Shown here: positions 35,312 through 44,766 of the stretch, in pieces
Position numbering within the stretch: the stretch's first letter is position 1
Layout: the number at the start of each line of letters is the position of its first letter
Assembly (NCBI GenBank): GCA_023920165.1
Contig: CP089274.1
Coordinates: forward strand, 1,674,001 to 1,738,000
From: Curvularia clavata
Taxonomy: Eukaryota
DNA: 64,000 nucleotides
Direction: 5' to 3'
Translations under genes and position numbers: made by a program
Notes under the pieces: generated by a model
The model's database searches: none
Seen by the model: only the letters and a program-made list of their open reading frames with translations
Told to the model about the DNA's origin: nothing

Positions 35312-35372
35312 GGTGATATCTCAATCGGACGCTTGGTGTTAAACCGCTTACCGAATCCGTGGGTGGTCAAAG

Positions 35373-35879
35373 TGTTACACGGGGTCCTACTGGTTAGTTG
35401 GGAATATACTTACCTAGCCTAGATTCCGGGTTAGGGCGAGGCCAGTTTCTATGAAGTATACCGTGAGGTAGTTGTCTGGCGATTCGGTGGTAGGGATTAA
35501 CGGAAGATAGACAAAACCAATCCTATTGGAAGATAGAATAACTAGTATCAATCTGAGTATGAAAGGTAACTATGAAAGATACTTTGCTGAGTTGACCACA
35601 ACGAGTGTAATAATGAAATCCAACACATTCTTATACCCATTGCTTCCGGTCCTGTCCTCACTGTCCTCACGGAATAACCCCTGTGTTCTCTGAAGTCCCT
35701 GAAGTCACTTTGGTCACGTGTGAGCGTGTCCTCACATACTAGCGTGGTTTCCCGGTCTTGGCCTGAGGCCAGTCATGTGATCGCCCTTCCGCGGGGATCA
35801 TTACCTTCTGACGTGTCGCCCAATGGTCTCCTACCTGCGGCCATCGTCAAGGAGAGATCCTTCTTTGTTACTTGTAACA
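35373..35879 (-). repeat. Family A shared central LTR
   Basis: Flanked by the PBS region of the left unit and the PPT of the right unit; no TSD. Confidence 0.97.
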
Positions 35880-38800
35880 TTATCCCCCCTCTTAGGGTTA
35901 TCGTCCCGATACCCTGGATTATCGTTTTCCCGTGCGTCGCTTGGCGCTGGTGGCTTGGATAAGTATCGAGGTATGCCCGTTGTGTCGTAGGCGCTTCTTC
36001 CTCCATGCCTTCCTAACCATGCCCAAGGTTCAACCAACTCGTCGTGTCCGTAACCAGAATTCGACTCTTCAGCGTCGGGCCCGCGCTGACCGTATAAGGG
36101 AACAAGGCCGCGAGATGACTTTTCGGTGTAAACGTTGTGAAGAGAAGAATCTTCGTTGTTTCGTGGACACAGCATCTGGTCGCTGCGCTGGTTGTATTTC
36201 GGTTTCCGCTGAGTGTAGCCTTTTTGTTTCTGAGGAAGAGTGGGAGAAGGTCGAGGCTGAGAAGCGGCAAAAGCGTCTCGAGATTGCTCGTGCTGAGGAG
36301 CGCCAGCTTCAGGCTGCGATGGAGACTGCGCGACTTCGGCGCGAGCTCCTAGAGGTTGAGGCGCGAGAGCGAGAATTTGCTGATCGAGATCATGCCATCT
36401 TGAGCCTTCAGGATCGTGCGCAAGAGCAGGCCGAGGGGAGCTCCGCCCCTGGTACGGACCATCCGACAACCGAACCATCGCTACCCGGACTGTCGACTGA
36501 CTTGGGCTGGTTACAGGCTGACGTTTCTTACGACCCTTTTTCACTTGATTATTTCCTTTCCCTCGAGGGTCCGTCCCTCGCTTCCGTGGATGTTTCCGAT
36601 GGTACTCGCGTACCAGTGACCTGCAGTTCGTCAAGTTTCCTTCAGGTTCCCAAGTGTTGTGGCTATCTGGCCATCCTTCCCACCTGACCAAGTACTTCCA
36701 CTGACCGCCTATTTTCTGTAGGTCCTTGATTTCTTCGACCGTATATTCGTCGTCCTCGAGCTCGATATCGTCCATTAGCTCGGCTTCTGGGGGTGCAGGT
36801 TCTAGCAGTTTCTTGTGAAAAACGTTGTGTATGCGCATGCCTGGTGGTAGCCGTAGTTTATAGTTTACGGGTCCCATTTTCTCTAGGATTTCGAATGGTC
36901 CTAATCGGAGATTGTCCAATTTCTTGCTTGGTCGTTTAGTTTTCAAGTTTTGTCGTGACAAGAAAACTCTGTCCCCCTTTTTAAAGGTTGGTCCCTCAAT
37001 CCTTAGCTTATTCGCAGCTTTGGACGTCGTGAGGTTCCTATGAGCGATGTTCCTGCTCAATTCTTTATGCAATTCGCGCATTAGTCGGGCTTTATCGTCT
37101 GCTCCGACTGCGATACTTTCAATATCCTTTGGATCTCGATGAGCAACCGGCTCATATCCGTAGTTCGCGTAGTGTGGCGAGTACTTCGTTGTCGCCGATC
37201 TTGAACTATTGTAAGCCAATTGTGCTGTCGGCAAGAGTTCAACCCAGTTGTCCTGCAGCTTGTTGGCGTAAAATCGCAGATACTGTTCTAGCGTTTGGTT
37301 TGTTCGTTCCGTTTGTCCGTCGGTTTCTGGGTGGAAGCTAGTCGATAGCTTCTTCTTAACTCCCAGTTTTGCTAAGAACGTTGACCAGTATTTCGATGTG
37401 AACAGCTTATCTCTGTCCGTTATGAATTCTTCGGGCATCCCGTGCTCTGATATTAGTGCTTTGGAAACTTCGTACGCGCATTCCTCTGCCGTAATTGTTT
37501 CTTCTGTGGGCACAAACTTTGCCCCTTTGGTCTGTCGACACATTATGACCAAAATGGTGTCGCAGAGTCGAGCCGATCCTGGCTCTAACGATTTCGGGAG
37601 CTTCACTATGAAGTCCATCGTTACGCTGCTCCATGGTCGCGTTGGTGGCGGTAAGGGTTGTAACAGGCCATAGGGCTTATGTCTTTTGGGCTTGTTCTGG
37701 TGACATGCCACACAGTTGCCTACAACTTCCTGCACCTGCGCCCTCAAGCGCGGCATATAAAACGCCTTATTCAGTCGCCTGACCATTTCGTCGATGCTTG
37801 CATGTCCGTATTCTCGTGACTCATGCAGTTCTTTGATGAGATCTTTTCTCATGTGCGTGGGTACGTAGGGTCGACTCTCGTTCCGCGGCTCACCTTTGTT
37901 CTGTAGCCCGTTGAGTTCCTTTTGTCCGTCCAATGGTACCCATTCATTCGCTTTTTGTTGCCATTGCTGTTGCAACGTTTCCACTTGCTCGGCTATCTTG
38001 GCTAATCTAGCCAGATCCGGCTGGTTGTACCTCAAGCTGCCGTCGGGCATTCTCTTGAGTACTGCGTCGTGTGGCTCTTTGTGGCCTTTTCCGCGTAAAT
38101 CGGATCTTCGGCTCAGAGCATCCGCGGCTCCGTTGAGCGATCCTGCTCGATGCGTGATTTTGAAGTCAAACTGAGCTAACATCTCAGCATATCGGACTTG
38201 TCTTCGGTTGAGTTTCTTCGTTGTCATAAAACTCGTGAGGTTCTGATGATCGGTAAAAACCTCGATCGTGTGTGGAAGTCCTAACAGGTATACTTCCCAT
38301 TGTTCAAAGGCATCGACTACTCCAAGTAGTTCCTTATCGTGAACATCGTAGTTCAACTCTGCTTCGTCGAACTTTCTGGAATGGTAGAACACGGGTCTCC
38401 ATTTCCCATCTGGGCACTGCTGTGACAATACAGCTCCGAGTGCGTAATCAGACGCGTCAGTCTCGAGTCTGGTTGGTCGTTGAGGATCGTACATCTCTAG
38501 TACGGGTGCCTCTAGGAACGTCTGCTTGAGCTTGTCGAAAGCTTTCTGTTGTTCCTGTTTCCATCTGAAACCTACTTCCTTCTTCGTGATCTCCGTAAGG
38601 GGTGCTGTGATCTTCGAATAATCTTTTATGAACTTCCGGTAGTAGTTCGCTAGCCCTAGGAAGGACTGAACATCCTTAACTGTTTTGGGCGTTTTCCAAT
38701 CCCGTACAGCCTGTACCTTTTTTGGGTTCATTTTCACTCCTTCGGTCGAGATGATGAATCCGAGGAATTCCGTTTCCTGCGTGTGGAATTCGCATTTCCC

Positions 38801-40141
38801 TGGCTGCAGATATAGCTTGTATTCCTTGAGCTTTCTGAGCACTTTCTTGACATGTTCGATGTGTTCTTCGAGCGTTCCCTTGGAGTACACTAGTACATCG
38901 TCCAAGTAAGCTGTTGCGAAGACACCAAGGTATTCGTGGAGAGCGTTGTTGATGACTGATTGAAAGGTCGCCGGCGCATTCGTTAGGCCGAACGGCATGA
39001 CCGTATACTCGAACAGTCCATACTTCGTCTTGAACGCTGTTTTCCATTCGTCTCCTTCCTTGATCCTGATCCGATAAAATCCTTCTCGGACATCGAACTT
39101 CGTGAACCACTTGGCTCCCTGGAGTCGATCCATGAGCTCTGTTATGAGTGGTAGTGGGTACCGATTCTTTCGGGTTACCGCGTTCAACCTTCGGTAATCG
39201 ACACATAGTCGCCATTTTCCGTTAGGTTTCTTTACGAACAATATGGGTGAGGCCATCGGGCCTGACCCCGGTCTGATGAATCCTTTCTTAAGATTCTTCC
39301 GGAGGTATTCCTTGAGCTCGGCGTCGTGCTCGGGCGATATAGGATACATGCCTCCTGGCGTCAACTTTGCTCCATCCTCGAGGATGATCTCGTGATCCCA
39401 ATCCTGATGTTCTGCTAAGTCTGTTGCCTCGTTTTCTTCGAATAGTTCCTTGAACTCATTCGTTCTGTATTCTTTAGGAATGTCCAACAATACGTCTTTG
39501 GGCTTTTCCTGGGGTAAGGGTCTGTCCTTCTTGGGCACGACTCGTCTTAACCAAATGACTCCTACTTGCTGAGGGTCCTTCGCATAGATTCTCGCGATCT
39601 TATGCGGTGAGATCTTGCCGAATCTCCCATCCCGGGTTGTGCACTGATTCGTCGGGCGTATCTCATGTCGTACTCCAGCAACCCTTTTCGCAGGTTCTCG
39701 GCTGAGTATCGTTCTGTTTCGCCAGTCGATGGCGGGGTTATGGGCATCCAGCCAGTCATAACCGATCAATAGATCCGTTTCTCCTAGATCCATAATGCTA
39801 ATGCTCATTTGACTCTTGGTATCGGACACCTCCAGTGTCACCAGTTCTGTCTCGAGCCTTATCGTGCCTTTGCCGTATGCTACGGGCGTTTCTTCGGCCG
39901 ATATTACCTGTAGCGGACGCTTCTTGCTCCGGTATGGTATTTCGTACTTCTCTACCACTCGGGGTGAGATCATTGTTCGTGCGGCACCGCTGTCTACGAT
40001 TGCCTGTAATTTGTGTCCCTGTACATACACGGTCGTTACCAATTCCTTTGGGCGATCATCGGTGTAATGTACTCGTCTTAGGGTCGTTTTAGGACTGCCT
40101 TTACCAGCGTGACCCTGTCCCTGGTGGCATCCTAGTTTTTT
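35831..40141 (-). CDS. pol: Family A Pol (PR-RT-RNaseH-IN-chromodomain + C-terminal extension), likely expressed by -1 frameshift
   Basis: VDSGA protease, YLDD RT, TDASD/DHQNL RNase H, HHCC + D,D,E integrase, GPF motif and chromodomain YTVEEI...YLVRWEGW. Confidence 0.96.
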   Translation of the reverse strand, partial: KKLGCHQGQGHAGKGSPKTTLRRVHYTDDRPKELVTTVYVQGHKLQAIVDSGAARTMISPRVVEKYEIPYRSKKRPLQVISAEETPVAYGKGTIRLETELVTLEVSDTKSQMSISIMDLGETDLLIGYDWLDAHNPAIDWRNRTILSREPAKRVAGVRHEIRPTNQCTTRDGRFGKISPHKIARIYAKDPQQVGVIWLRRVVPKKDRPLPQEKPKDVLLDIPKEYRTNEFKELFEENEATDLAEHQDWDHEIILEDGAKLTPGGMYPISPEHDAELKEYLRKNLKKGFIRPGSGPMASPILFVKKPNGKWRLCVDYRRLNAVTRKNRYPLPLITELMDRLQGAKWFTKFDVREGFYRIRIKEGDEWKTAFKTKYGLFEYTVMPFGLTNAPATFQSVINNALHEYLGVFATAYLDDVLVYSKGTLEEHIEHVKKVLRKLKEYKLYLQPGKCEFHTQETEFLGFIISTEGVKMNPKKVQAVRDWKTPKTVKDVQSFLGLANYYRKFIKDYSKITAPLTEITKKEVGFRWKQEQQKAFDKLKQTFLEAPVLEMYDPQRPTRLETDASDYALGAVLSQQCPDGKWRPVFYHSRKFDEAELNYDVHDKELLGVVDAFEQWEVYLLGLPHTIEVFTDHQNLTSFMTTKKLNRRQVRYAEMLAQFDFKITHRAGSLNGAADALSRRSDLRGKGHKEPHDAVLKRMPDGSLRYNQPDLARLAKIAEQVETLQQQWQQKANEWVPLDGQKELNGLQNKGEPRNESRPYVPTHMRKDLIKELHESREYGHASIDEMVRRLNKAFYMPRLRAQVQEVVGNCVACHQNKPKRHKPYGLLQPLPPPTRPWSSVTMDFIVKLPKSLEPGSARLCDTILVIMCRQTKGAKFVPTEETITAEECAYEVSKALISEHGMPEEFITDRDKLFTSKYWSTFLAKLGVKKKLSTSFHPETDGQTERTNQTLEQYLRFYANKLQDNWVELLPTAQLAYNSSRSATTKYSPHYANYGYEPVAHRDPKDIESIAVGADDKARLMRELHKELSRNIAHRNLTTSKAANKLRIEGPTFKKGDRVFLSRQNLKTKRPSKKLDNLRLGPFEILEKMGPVNYKLRLPPGMRIHNVFHKKLLEPAPPEAELMDDIELEDDEYTVEEIKDLQKIGGQWKYLVRWEGWPDSHNTWEPEGNLTNCRSLVREYHRKHPRKRGTDPRGKGNNQVKKGRKKRQPVTSPSQSTVRVAMVRLSDGPYQGRSSPRPALAHDPEGSRWHDLDQQILALAPQPLGARAEVAQSPSQPEAGAPQHEQSRDAFAASQPRPSPTLPQKQKGYTQRKPKYNQRSDQMLCPRNNEDSSLHNVYTEKSSRGLVPLYGQRGPDAEESNSGYGHDELVEPWAWLGRHGGRSAYDTTGIPRYLSKPPAPSDARENDNPGYRDDNPKRGDNVTSNKEGSLLDDGRR
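36019..36687 (+). CDS. Antisense Zn(II)2Cys6-like accessory ORF, second copy
   Basis: Identical translation to 29109-29777. Confidence 0.7.
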   Translation: MPKVQPTRRVRNQNSTLQRRARADRIREQGREMTFRCKRCEEKNLRCFVDTASGRCAGCISVSAECSLFVSEEEWEKVEAEKRQKRLEIARAEERQLQAAMETARLRRELLEVEAREREFADRDHAILSLQDRAQEQAEGSSAPGTDHPTTEPSLPGLSTDLGWLQADVSYDPFSLDYFLSLEGPSLASVDVSDGTRVPVTCSSSSFLQVPKCCGYLAILPT

Positions 40142-42222
40142 GACGGTCCCCTGGACCCAAGCTTCTTTCCCTTTCTTTTCCGCGGAAAGTAGCCATGGTT
40201 CTGTTTTGCGTCCAGGTGGATTCTGCAGTTGTCGTCTGTGCAGAAGGTCCAGTGTTCGTTTGGGTGGGGGATCATTTCTTCCAGCGTCTCTGGCAGGTTG
40301 ATCTCCTTTGTCCCGTGCATCCTGCACTTGATCGTCCGGCATTCCTTAGCCGCGATCGTGCCGTGCAGATGGTGATCTGCATGTCTTGCCGCGATTCTCT
40401 GTTCTCGGTGGAATCGGCATTTCTCTATGCAGTTGATCCAGCAGAGCTGCTCGTGAGCTCGTTGATGTTCTTCCTTGTGGATGTGGCAATCCAGCATGGG
40501 GCAGTCGTTTGCCCATAGATGCTTGTGATTAGGATCATGCTCGTCCAACTTGCATTGTTCTTTAGCATCTGAGTGGAACATACAAAACCTCCTTTTGCAT
40601 TCGTTCCAGGCGATCATTTCGTGATCGTCGTGTTGCTTCCATGGTGCGTGGATGGTGCAATCCAATACCTTGCATGCTTCACTTCTTAAGTGTGCGTGGC
40701 AACATTCTTCTGCGTCGTACTGGGACAGTCTCGATTCTTCGGCATGGAACTCGCAGTAGTCTATACTGTCGCATTCGATCCAGTGCAGCTTTCTATGTTC
40801 GTCTTCGCGGTCGTTTTCTGGTTCCGGTAGCTCGTCCTTAAAGTACGGTTGTTCCTGGGCTGCCTGGGCAAGTACTTCCCTGGCCATCGGCCCTGTGACT
40901 GCAATTCTTCTTCCTCGAAGTGGGCAGCCATTGCCGTGGTGTGCTGGGTCTCCGCACATCCAGCATAAGTTTTGTGCGATCCGACGCTGGGCATCTGTGT
41001 CCTTCACGATCCAGTCGGATGGCTGTGGTGGTTCCCATTTCATGTGTTTGTCCGCTCTGACGAGCTCCGGGACAATCACATAATCCGTGTTCTCAGCTAG
41101 ACGTGCTTCGTCGTAGAGGTCTAGATCGCTGAGGTCGTCGTCGGAGGGTAGTGTAGATGGCTGTGACTTCAGCATCCTGATCTTTACTACTGCCTGCTTG
41201 ACTTCGTTCTTCGGGCAGTCTCTGCGGAAGTGTCCTACTTCGCCGCATCGGAGACATGCTTTGTTGTCATAACGCTTCTGGCGTTCTTCCTTGGAAAGGC
41301 CGTCCTGGCCCTTTCCTCGGGGTTTCTTGTCTCTGGTCTTTTCTTGTACTTTTCCCGTCATGATTGTATCGCCGTCCTTGTCTCGGTTGTTGCGTTGTTT
41401 CTTGGTGTTAGCCATGTTGGGTCGAAATTGCCGTTTCTTTTGTTCGTTTCGTTCCCAGATCCTATTGTCGATTCGCGTGGCCAGCTCAATCAGAGCTTGT
41501 AACGTTTCTGGCTTATCATGGTGTACTAGACCGTCTTTGACAATTTCCTTCAGACCGTCTTCGAATACCGTTCGAAGAGCTGCGTCGTCCCAATCAATTC
41601 GCGCTTGTAGCTGCTTAAACTCAGCTGTGTAAGCCGAAACGGACGTGGTCTGCTTCAGGCGTGTGATCGCTTTCTCTGCTTGGTTCTTGGCGTCGACCTC
41701 TCCGAAGACACGTCCCATTTCATCCTTGAAGTTGTTCCAACTTGCGAATAGGGCCTTGGTTTCTTCCTTGGTCCCTTTGGTCTTTATTGACGATAGGTAG
41801 TCCTCCACATATGGTTGGACCCAGTTAGCCGCTTTTCCTTTCATATGCGTACTGGCCATGAGGATCTTTTCCTGATCACTAGGTACCTCGTTGAATTCGC
41901 AGTATAGGTCGATGGTGGTGAGGAACGTTCGTAGGTCGTTACGGTTTCCGTCATACTTTTCGGGAGTTGCCATCTTAGGTTTCTTGACAACCTTTTCGTT
42001 TGGCGTAGCCATCAGCTGACTCATAAGCTGATTAACCATATTCTGCATTTCGATCATCTGCTGTGCCTGAGCCTGGTGCTCGCGTCTGAGATTGGCAAGT
42101 TCCCACTCAGGAGTCCCTGGGGCATGCTCGTTGCCCACTCCCTGGGTGCTTCCGGCCATGTTGATGTCCTGTGCGGGAGCCGGTCCCTGGACGTTGACAT
42201 ACTCGTTGGAGTTGCGTGACAT
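40132..42222 (-). CDS. gag: Family A Gag (right copy)
   Basis: Identical translation to 33221-35311. Confidence 0.95.
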   Translation of the reverse strand: MSRNSNEYVNVQGPAPAQDINMAGSTQGVGNEHAPGTPEWELANLRREHQAQAQQMIEMQNMVNQLMSQLMATPNEKVVKKPKMATPEKYDGNRNDLRTFLTTIDLYCEFNEVPSDQEKILMASTHMKGKAANWVQPYVEDYLSSIKTKGTKEETKALFASWNNFKDEMGRVFGEVDAKNQAEKAITRLKQTTSVSAYTAEFKQLQARIDWDDAALRTVFEDGLKEIVKDGLVHHDKPETLQALIELATRIDNRIWERNEQKKRQFRPNMANTKKQRNNRDKDGDTIMTGKVQEKTRDKKPRGKGQDGLSKEERQKRYDNKACLRCGEVGHFRRDCPKNEVKQAVVKIRMLKSQPSTLPSDDDLSDLDLYDEARLAENTDYVIVPELVRADKHMKWEPPQPSDWIVKDTDAQRRIAQNLCWMCGDPAHHGNGCPLRGRRIAVTGPMAREVLAQAAQEQPYFKDELPEPENDREDEHRKLHWIECDSIDYCEFHAEESRLSQYDAEECCHAHLRSEACKVLDCTIHAPWKQHDDHEMIAWNECKRRFCMFHSDAKEQCKLDEHDPNHKHLWANDCPMLDCHIHKEEHQRAHEQLCWINCIEKCRFHREQRIAARHADHHLHGTIAAKECRTIKCRMHGTKEINLPETLEEMIPHPNEHWTFCTDDNCRIHLDAKQNHGYFPRKRKGKKLGSRGPSKN

Positions 42223-42283
42223 GGTGATATCTCAATCGGACGCTTGGTGTTAAACCGCTTACCGAATCCGTGGGTGGTCAAAG

Positions 42284-42790
42284 TGTTACACGGGGTCCTA
42301 CTGGTTAGTTGGGAATATACTTACCTAGCCTAGATTCCGGGTTAGGGCGAGGCCAGTTTCTATGAAGTATACCGTGAGGTAGTTGTCTGGCGATTCGGTG
42401 GTAGGGATTAACGGAAGATAGACAAAACCAATCCTATTGGAAGATAGAATAACTAGTATCAATCTGAGTATGAAAGGTAACTATGAAAGATACTTTGCTG
42501 AGTTGACCACAACGAGTGTAATAATGAAATCCAACACATTCTTATACCCATTGCTTCCGGTCCTGTCCTCACTGTCCTCACGGAATAACCCCTGTGTTCT
42601 CTGAAGTCCCTGAAGTCACTTTGGTCACGTGTGAGCGTGTCCTCACATACTAGCGTGGTTTCCCGGTCTTGGCCTGAGGCCAGTCATGTGATCGCCCTTC
42701 CGCGGGGATCATTACCTTCTGACGTGTCGCCCAATGGTCTCCTACCTGCGGCCATCGTCAAGGAGAGATCCTTCTTTGTTACTTGTAACA
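42284..42790 (-). repeat. Family A 5' LTR
   Basis: 507 bp, followed on the + strand by TSD CTAGG. Confidence 0.97.
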
Positions 42791-43244
42791 CTAGGCTAGG
42801 GTTAGACTAGGTAGATATAGTATCTAGACTAGAGTAGGGCTAGATAGTAGAGTACTTAGATAGAGGTAGGGCTAGATTATATAGTATATAGATTATAGCT
42901 AGATTAGTAATATCTATTAGTAGAGTGGTATTTAGATCAGGGGTACCCACTATAGGTTAGGGGTAGGGTTAGGGCCAGCCCCGCCCTAATCTTGGTTTTA
43001 GCAGCCCTAGCCCTGCTAAGACCTAGACTAGAGTTAGGCTAGCCTAAGTCTTAGTAGGGCTAGGATTAGGCCTAGAGCTATTAAAACTAGAGTTAGACTA
43101 GTCTATCTTAAAATATTCTTATTTTTTTTAAGTATTTACTAAAAAAAAATAAGAATACTTTAAGGTAGGCTAGTCTAACTCTAGTCTTAGTAGCTCTAGC
43201 TCTAATCTAGTCTAGCTATAATAGCTACTAAGACTAGCCCTGCC

Positions 43245-43515
43245 TGTAACGGCGCGAGCAAGACTAGTCGAATCGGTTCCGGTGGGAAGTGTCACTCAAA
43301 TGCATATGGAAGTGCGTGGGACAGCAGAAACACCTTGGATTCGGTAGACACTCATAGGCCTGGTACGAAAGGATATCAAAAATCTACCGAACATCTATGG
43401 AAGGTACCTGGTACTTATACCTGGGTGCGGGTCTTCATCGGGTCTGACCCGGCTCTCAATCGGATCTTGATAAGCTGCCCTGGCTGGGGTATGTTTTGGT
43501 CTATGCATGGTTACA
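43245..43515 (-). repeat. Family B 3' LTR
   Basis: TGTAAC...GTTACA, matches 50170-50440. Confidence 0.96.
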
Positions 43516-44000
43516 TTACCCCCCCTCCCGGTAGACAGCTGGTCCCACAGCTGTCTGTTCCGGTTGTCATTCTTCTTCCCTGCACCATGGGGTCCCTCGT
43601 TCCTGATTTCCCCCAGATTTTCCCCACACTGCGCCACTTCGGGCAATAGGATGCTCCGGTTCCGGTGTGGCTCCCGTGGCCGTGCATGTCCTTCACTTGA
43701 GCCTCTGTGCCTGAGCCTCAGTGACCATTCCGGTACTCACGTGGCGCTGCTGCCTTGCTGCCTGGCCGCTAGGCCGTTTGCCTTCACCTGCCAGACAGGC
43801 CTGGACGCTTCGATCGGAGCTCCGAGTCGCCGGCGATTCGTTTGTAGTCAGGGTCCAACGGCTATCCAGGTCACGTGTGCCAAGACTGTTTGCTCCCCCA
43901 GTGTGTATATCAACAACAACACAGTGTCGCCGCCGAGTTTTCTCCTCCACGCTTCTCAATCAAAACAAGTCAATTACAACTCAACGCACTCGTTTTCGCT

Positions 44001-44668
44001 ATGCCTCTTCGTTGTCCGCCCGGTGCGCTGCCGGATGCGTATCGCTTCATCTGTCTGCGAGCTGTCCGCGCCTTGGCGCGCCGTCAGTTCGACATTGCTT
44101 ACGCCTACCCGTCCGATTCCTCCAAGAAGTGTCTTTATTGCACCCAGCAGAAGGAGAAGTGCGATCCTGTAAGTTTGCTTCTCTTTTCCTTCACTGTTTG
44201 CAGCTTGGCTAACCCGGATAGGTTCCCGAGTACGTCTTCGAGGAGTTTCACGATTTGATCGATGCCATCGAGTTGTGTGCCATCGCTCGGTATGGCCCTG
44301 CAGTTGATGCCGATACGGAGGTATTGCTTGATCGAATCGCTGCCGCCGCTTTGGACATCGCCCGCAAGGTCCAAGTTGTCAGGTCCCAGGAGAAGGAGCT
44401 TTCAGTCAATCAGCTCCTCGTCGCCCAGAACCAGGTCCTGAGGGACATCCGAGACAGCATCTCGGAGTTGGTCGATACAGTCAATGGCATGGAAAGGCGC
44501 CTTTCGCGTCTTGAGGCCAGGTCGGCTCGGGGTGGCGCCCGGGTCGGCCCTCGGGTCGAGGAGTCGGAGGAATGGTCTGGTTTGTCCTCCTCCTCAGAGG
44601 AGGACAAGGGTGCGGTTGACCAGGAGATGGCCGACGCTGAGCAGGAGCGCTCTGATGTTGAACTTTGA
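44001..44668 (+). CDS. Spliced antisense accessory gene of family B (Cys cluster + coiled coil + acidic tail), 204 aa
   Basis: Exon 44001-44168, intron 44169-44221 (GTAAGT...GCTAAC...TAG) and exon 44222-44668 join in frame: ...KKCLYCTQQKEKCDP|VPEYVFEEF... Confidence 0.78.
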
Positions 44669-44766
44669 GTGAGGTGACATTTTGGGGGTTTGTTGGTGGT
44701 TGTGGGGTTCGGGTCCGAGTTTCCTTTGTTACTGATACCCAATGAAGTTTCTGTTTTTCCTTTTCT

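Larger units (their letters stand above)
28463..42790 (-). mobile_element. Ty3/gypsy chromovirus family A, tandem LTR-internal-LTR-internal-LTR array
   Basis: Three 507-bp TG...CA LTRs, a single 5-bp TSD CTAGG (28458-28462 / 42791-42795), gag and PR-RT-RH-IN-chromodomain, and a PPT next to the 3' LTRs. Confidence 0.97.
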
